NCBI GenBank assembly: GCA_951813565.1
Contig: OX638351.1
Coordinates: 4,096,001-4,160,000, forward strand
Length of the DNA: 64,000 bases
Source of the DNA: an uncultured Poribacteria bacterium
Lineage (GTDB): Bacteria > Poribacteria > WGA-4E > WGA-3G
Direction of reading: 5' to 3'
A program made the position numbers and the translations under genes. The notes below the pieces were generated by a model. That model searched no databases. It worked only from the letters and a program-made list of their open reading frames with translations, and was not told the origin of the DNA. Positions 59,804-64,000 of this stretch are shown here, in pieces; positions within the stretch are counted from its first letter, which is position 1; every line of letters starts with the position of its first letter.

Positions 59804-59911
59804 TTATCTTTTGCTAATTCCTATAGTAGCTTATGTTTTTAACACATTGCGGTAACAGGTATTCCAAAATCTTAGCAATTGAAGCGTGAAATATTAGACC
59901 CGTAAAGAATT

Positions 59912-59927
59912 TGGCATGGAATTTGCT
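59912..59927 (+). promoter_or_regulatory. Putative sigma54 promoter with no obvious downstream CDS
   Basis: TGGCATGGAATTTGCT (GG-N10-GC). Confidence 0.45.
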
Positions 59928-60221
59928 TATTTTCTTAAGTTGCAATGTAACTCTTTCGCAAATATTTGGAGTGTTTAGTTAGACATAGGACTTTATGACA
60001 TAGGCACATACCAAGTGCCTTAATGCTGTAGGCGCGCCTGTCCCTCTCCCCTAAAGGTGCGCTTACAAAATCGCGATTTGGGTAGGCGCGCTAATCAAAT
60101 CGCGATTTATGGTGGTAGCGGTCTTCGGATCGCTACTGTCTTTTTTATAGTAGATTTTATACCATTTCCATGTGATTATATTGCATTGTGTCTTAGGTCA
60201 AGTTTCACTATGCCCTACCCA

Positions 60222-60465
60222 TAGGTGTCAACTTAAGAAAAAAATGATGGATTTTCTCTTGTGGGAGGGAAACTTTGTCCGCCCGATTTTGTGAGACTCA
60301 AACTGTTAAATCCAAATCAACGATGAATGCGCCTATGGCATTCATCCAAATCAACGCAGCATGCGCGTCCGACATGCTGCCAAATCAACGCTGAATGCGC
60401 GTGTAGGCATTCAGCGGGGTTGAAAACCCCTCCCACAAGAAGGTGTATCCTTAAGTTTACACCTA
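60222..60465. mobile_element. MITE (same end family as 9487-9700) with REP doublet and triple micro-insertion array
   Basis: TAGGTGTCAACTTAAG / CTTAAGTTTACACCTA. Confidence 0.75.
60313..60415 (+). repeat. Tandem array of three different CAAATCAAC-hairpin units
   Basis: Units 60313-60346, 60347-60380, 60381-60415. Confidence 0.9.
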
Positions 60466-60608
60466 TGGGTAGAGTGAAGCGAAACCCAATTCAACCGTCT
60501 TGACAGTCCTAAAGAGTTGGGTTTCACTTATTTTCAGAAATATAGACCTCAAATGGGTCAACAACCTCTCTTTAGGGTTTGTTTTTATTGTCCATTTCCG
60601 TTCTACTT

Positions 60609-60641
60609 CACCGAATGGCATAGGCGCATTCGGTGTTGATT
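60609..60641 (-). mobile_element. Degenerate micro-insertion
   Basis: Reverse strand AATCAAC ACCGAATGC GCCTATG CCATTCGGT. Confidence 0.55.
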
Positions 60642-60753
60642 CCCTACCGGATTTATCAAACTCACGTTACATTAACGACTTGTGCCAGTTAACATTTTGT
60701 TTTGTTGGTTTTCACATATATTTGCATTTGTGCTATAAACATATCGTCCCTAC

Positions 60754-60822
60754 CAAATCAACGCCAAATGCGCCAAATCAACGGTCCGAATGCCTTTTGG
60801 CATTCCCCGTATGGCATTTGGC
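60754..60822 (+). mobile_element. Micro-insertion with a second unit nested in its loop (60774-60808)
   Basis: CCCTAC[CAAATCAACGCCAAATGCGC[35 nt]GTATGGCATTTGGC]GGGACTAA. Confidence 0.9.
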
Positions 60823-60873
60823 GGGACTAAAGAGTGCTCGTCCAATCATTTTCTATAAACATATCGTCCCTAC

Positions 60874-60907
60874 CAAATCAACGCCAAATGCGCTTATGGC
60901 ATTTGTC
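60874..60907 (+). mobile_element. 34-nt micro-insertion
   Basis: CCCTAC[CAAATCAACGCCAAATGCGCTTATGGCATTTGTC]GGACT. Confidence 0.85.
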
Positions 60908-61055
60908 GGACTGAAGAACATATAAATATATGATAATGACTTACAAACATTTTCTTTTGTGAAATAAAGTTCTACATATGGTTATTTAGCACAACTCGTT
61001 ACACTAACAAACAACTGAGTAAAGAAAAACCTTTAACTTTCATCTTAAATTCCTC

Positions 61056-61826
61056 CTAAGGGTTTAAGCCTAAAAATTCATACACATCAAATCCACTTGA
61101 GTCGTAATCAAGGATACGAATCCCTGGCGTTTTCTCTCCTGCTCGAATTTTTGCTTGGGCTTCTGAAGACAAGACATTAGAATCTCCAACAAAACTGACT
61201 ATTTTAGATGTTCCGTTAGCTGTTTTCGTCTCTTTGGTCCGAACATATACCGTATTCGGTGTAACGACATATATTTTCTGAGTATGACGATCTAAACTAA
61301 GTTTAACATCAGTTTGCCCTTGTTTCCATAATTTAATACGGACGCGATCAAGCAACTCCCTTGGCCGAAGGGTATCATGATGACCCTCTCGGTCAAGATC
61401 GAAAGTCCAAAACGGCCGATACGCATCAGGATAATCCGATGGAATTTGAGGATAGGCACCAAACCCATAGTCTGACTCACCATAGGAAGCAATTCGCCAA
61501 TCATTGGGATCTGCTGCAAGTTTTGCCACGTCCTCAATATGTTCTAAGGGTACACCTTTCTCAGAAGATTCAAGTGGTGTTTCGGAAGTTTCGTTTGCAG
61601 GATCCAGTGGTTTTTCCTCTGGGGTTTCTGTGTTCTCTGCAACGGTTTGTTCCGTTGGTGTTTTACCATCTTTACTGGACGCATCCTTACGAACCTGACT
61701 AAAGTCTGGTACATTATAGACTTTTTTCTCAGCGGTAGGAGGCTTAGGTTTCAAGAGAATAAACCCACCAACGCCAATAACAACAATAAGTACCAGCAGC
61801 CAATGCCAATTTTTGCGCCAATACAT
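61056..61826 (-). CDS. N-terminally membrane-anchored hypothetical protein
   Basis: One TM helix, low-complexity linker, YGFGAYPQIPSDYP domain; GGAGG upstream. Confidence 0.75.
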   Translation of the reverse strand: MYWRKNWHWLLVLIVVIGVGGFILLKPKPPTAEKKVYNVPDFSQVRKDASSKDGKTPTEQTVAENTETPEEKPLDPANETSETPLESSEKGVPLEHIEDVAKLAADPNDWRIASYGESDYGFGAYPQIPSDYPDAYRPFWTFDLDREGHHDTLRPRELLDRVRIKLWKQGQTDVKLSLDRHTQKIYVVTPNTVYVRTKETKTANGTSKIVSFVGDSNVLSSEAQAKIRAGEKTPGIRILDYDSSGFDVYEFLGLNP

Positions 61827-62230
61827 TGTTTCACCTCCCGTAGGTTGTGACTTCCTTGTCAGGGAAGTCAGTTGTAAATAAATAACGCACTACAACGTCA
61901 GTCGTTTAGGCACTTTGAATGTGAGTTAGCGTTCACTATCATGAGGTCTATTGACTTCACCGGTATGCTTACAGATAAAATATAGATTAAATAGCGAACA
62001 ATGTTAATTTTTTGCTAAAAATGCACAAAACATCAAGATATTTTACAATATCTGTCTATGATTGTACACACACACACACAATTTTTGTCAACTGTTTTTT
62101 AATTATTGTAGAGATATTTAGTTTTTGCTCACTTTAGTGAGAAATTGTAACCGGGGATCGCTTTTAAGGTGAAGAAATCTTGAGCAGACAGTAAAACTAA
62201 CGGAGAATTGAACGGGTCTGACAAAAGGAG

Positions 62231-62260
62231 TTGACAAACATCTATATCTTTAGGTAGAAT
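62231..62260 (+). promoter_or_regulatory. Putative sigma70 promoter
   Basis: TTGACA-N18-TAGAAT, then AAGGAG and ATG at 62300. Confidence 0.6.
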
Positions 62261-62299
62261 TACAATAATAAGTTAATACTTCTGCAAAAGGAGACAAAA

Positions 62300-62665
62300 A
62301 TGGCAGACGAAAATGGTAATAACGAACTTGCTGAAAATACAGATCATAACGCTTCAGGAAGCGGATTTATTGTAAACGTCAATCAGCTGCAATCCATGGA
62401 TATTCCGCTGCGATTTAACCGCGTCAAAACAGATAATGGTTGGATTATCAATGTGCAGGAAGCAGGAAGAGTAACAGTAAACTTTTTAACCAGTATGAGA
62501 AAATTGGAGACTGCATTGGTCGCGGGTGATAGCATTGAGCGGGATGGTGACGACCTTATAATCATGCGAAGCCAGCCAGCCGATGCATATCGCTCACAGC
62601 GAGGCACTTCCCCGTTAACGCTTAGTCGTGAGGAGTTGTTGTCAACTACCCCATCAGCGAAGTAA
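62300..62665 (+). CDS. Hypothetical protein
   Basis: 121 aa ORF with promoter and Shine-Dalgarno. Confidence 0.7.
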   Translation: MADENGNNELAENTDHNASGSGFIVNVNQLQSMDIPLRFNRVKTDNGWIINVQEAGRVTVNFLTSMRKLETALVAGDSIERDGDDLIIMRSQPADAYRSQRGTSPLTLSREELLSTTPSAK

Positions 62666-62891
62666 GACAGAATTCTAAATAGTGTAAATGGATTTAGTTA
62701 TATTTTAAGCGTAGATTTAGTAAAGCATATAATTACTTGCACACTTTCATAATAGCGCTCTGACCAGTAATGTTGACTGCACCTAATAACAACGGGTCGC
62801 GAGCTGGAGCTCGCTCCTACAGGAAGAGGTAGGGCGGATAAAGCACCTACTAACAGATGTCTACATAATTGTATATTTCACTATATTTACG

Positions 62892-63037
62892 CAAGTTGCT
62901 ACTTACAAAATTTTGAACAAAAAGACGATGTTTTTCCTAAAAAACAAGGGTTTTTCGTTGATTCTGGATGTCTTTTGTTATAAATCGGGGTTAGAAACCC
63001 CTCCTACAAGAGAATTTACGAAATCGGTAGCAACTTG
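62892..63037. mobile_element. MITE-like element (CAAGTTGCTAC TIR) with a REP arm
   Basis: CAAGTTGCTAC / GTAGCAACTTG; internal AAATCGGGGTTAGAAACCCCTCCTAC. Confidence 0.55.
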
Positions 63038-63164
63038 GGTTATATTTCAGAAAGATTTACTTAACCGAACTATTTTTATAAGCCATATTAATTTTCGTAT
63101 TAGGAGGTACCAGACCATTTTAGAACGTATCTACAGACTTATTTCAAGTTTAAAAGGTGGAACA

Positions 63165-63635
63165 ATGGTGCCGACAGCTGTAGTGCTGAGTCCCGATAGT
63201 TACGCGGAAGTTGTTGCTGAACTATTTGAAACATCCGAATCGGAAGGTGATGAAGCACAGGGACTTGAGCATCAACTGGGATTACCTCCTATTTCAGTTC
63301 GGTCAGATGATACGGATATTGTCGTTGTAAAGGAATTGGTGCCGAACCCGTGTCCAATTTGCCATCATCCGCTTAAGTTTCTCCGAGAATTGATTGAACG
63401 GTTTGAGAAGGAAGAAACCAATTTGATTAGGTGTCCGCTTGGACACCGCTATTCCGGGATGATGAAGGTTTACCATTTGAACATTTTTCAGCAATCGGAA
63501 AACTCCGAAACGGTGAAAAAAGTTACTGAATGCCCAGCATGTGGCGGTAAAAAAATCCAGTACTTAGGTCCAGCGGAGATGTTTTGTTTAGATTGTGACT
63601 GGGATAGTGGTATGGTTGCTCGGTATAAAATGTAG
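63165..63635 (+). CDS. Hypothetical double zinc-ribbon protein
   Basis: CPIC, CPLGH, CPAC, CLDC; start at ATG 63165 after AAGGTGG. Confidence 0.65.
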   Translation: MVPTAVVLSPDSYAEVVAELFETSESEGDEAQGLEHQLGLPPISVRSDDTDIVVVKELVPNPCPICHHPLKFLRELIERFEKEETNLIRCPLGHRYSGMMKVYHLNIFQQSENSETVKKVTECPACGGKKIQYLGPAEMFCLDCDWDSGMVARYKM

Positions 63636-63747
63636 TATTTTCTGGATTTACGCAAATTTCGGCAGAATAGGTGTTTATAGTGAAATCCATAATTTTTTGG
63701 ACATTCTGTTCTTATGCAGATTCAAACATACCATAAATATCCGAGGC

Positions 63748-63880
63748 GACAAGTCATGGCGAATACCACACGCGTATTCGCCCAAGTGCGCTTGGCGTTG
63801 ATTTGGCAATGAATTGCGCTTGGTGAATGCGCCAAATCAACGGTCCGAATGCCTTTTGGCATTCCCCGTATGGCATTCAC
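63748..63880. mobile_element. Cluster of nested micro-insertions in both orientations
   Basis: Minus-strand unit 63748-63805 with inner hairpin 63758-63782; plus-strand unit 63833-63867 nested in GTGAATGCGC^GTATGGCATTCAC. Confidence 0.75.
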
Positions 63881-64000
63881 ATTAAACGCCGCTAACCTTA
63901 AGAATAATGTAAAGGTATTTTTAGATTTTACTATAATAGGATTTAAAGTTTCATAGCAAACAGTCAGGAAGAAAGTGCTGGAGTGTGTAAGCGCGTTTTA

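Noticed and set aside
60313..60415. CRISPR array
   Set aside because: The constant part is only about 10 nt, the variable parts are related hairpins rather than unique spacers, single units occur elsewhere, and no cas gene is present.
60500..60925. 141-aa ORF
   Set aside because: Made of REP and micro-unit sequence; likely spurious, as are the ORFs at 26047-26241, 26466-26684 and 29131-29406.
62066..62080. (AC)n microsatellite as a phase-variation switch
   Set aside because: Intergenic and not within a recognisable promoter spacer.
62913..63164. N-terminal extension of the zinc-ribbon ORF
   Set aside because: Runs through a TIR/REP element; a better start with a Shine-Dalgarno lies at 63165.

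Overview
Chromosomal window from a diderm bacterium, most likely Candidatus Poribacteria (inference from the C-terminal 'KLAMTWGQLK' motif, WD40/dockerin proteins with PNYPNPFNPETW C-terminal domains, several PhyH-type dioxygenases and a DUF6785-like transporter). Coding content: ABC transporters, an sppA-pcm-porV-like-CTD cluster, aspartate-pathway enzymes (aminotransferase, thrB, thrC, aspartokinase), a P-type ATPase with degenerate catalytic motifs, secreted beta-propeller proteins, oxidoreductases, a GT3-like glycogen synthase and a GH13_8-like branching enzyme. No rRNA, tRNA, cas or transposase gene was recognised. The intergenic DNA is full of GTAG-type REP palindromes and several MITE families. 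The most striking signal is a 34-35 nt unit (leader CAAATCAAC plus a 9-bp hairpin with co-varying stems), about 19 copies counting degenerate ones. It inserts precisely at C^G sites in REP palindromes with no target duplication, as shown by filled versus empty sites within this window, and also forms a tandem array and nests inside itself. Also notable are a MITE that duplicated a whole 23-bp REP hairpin and an ORF-less IS200/IS605 derivative that appears to keep a TnpB-type omega-RNA scaffold. All calls are from reading the sequence; no searches were run.
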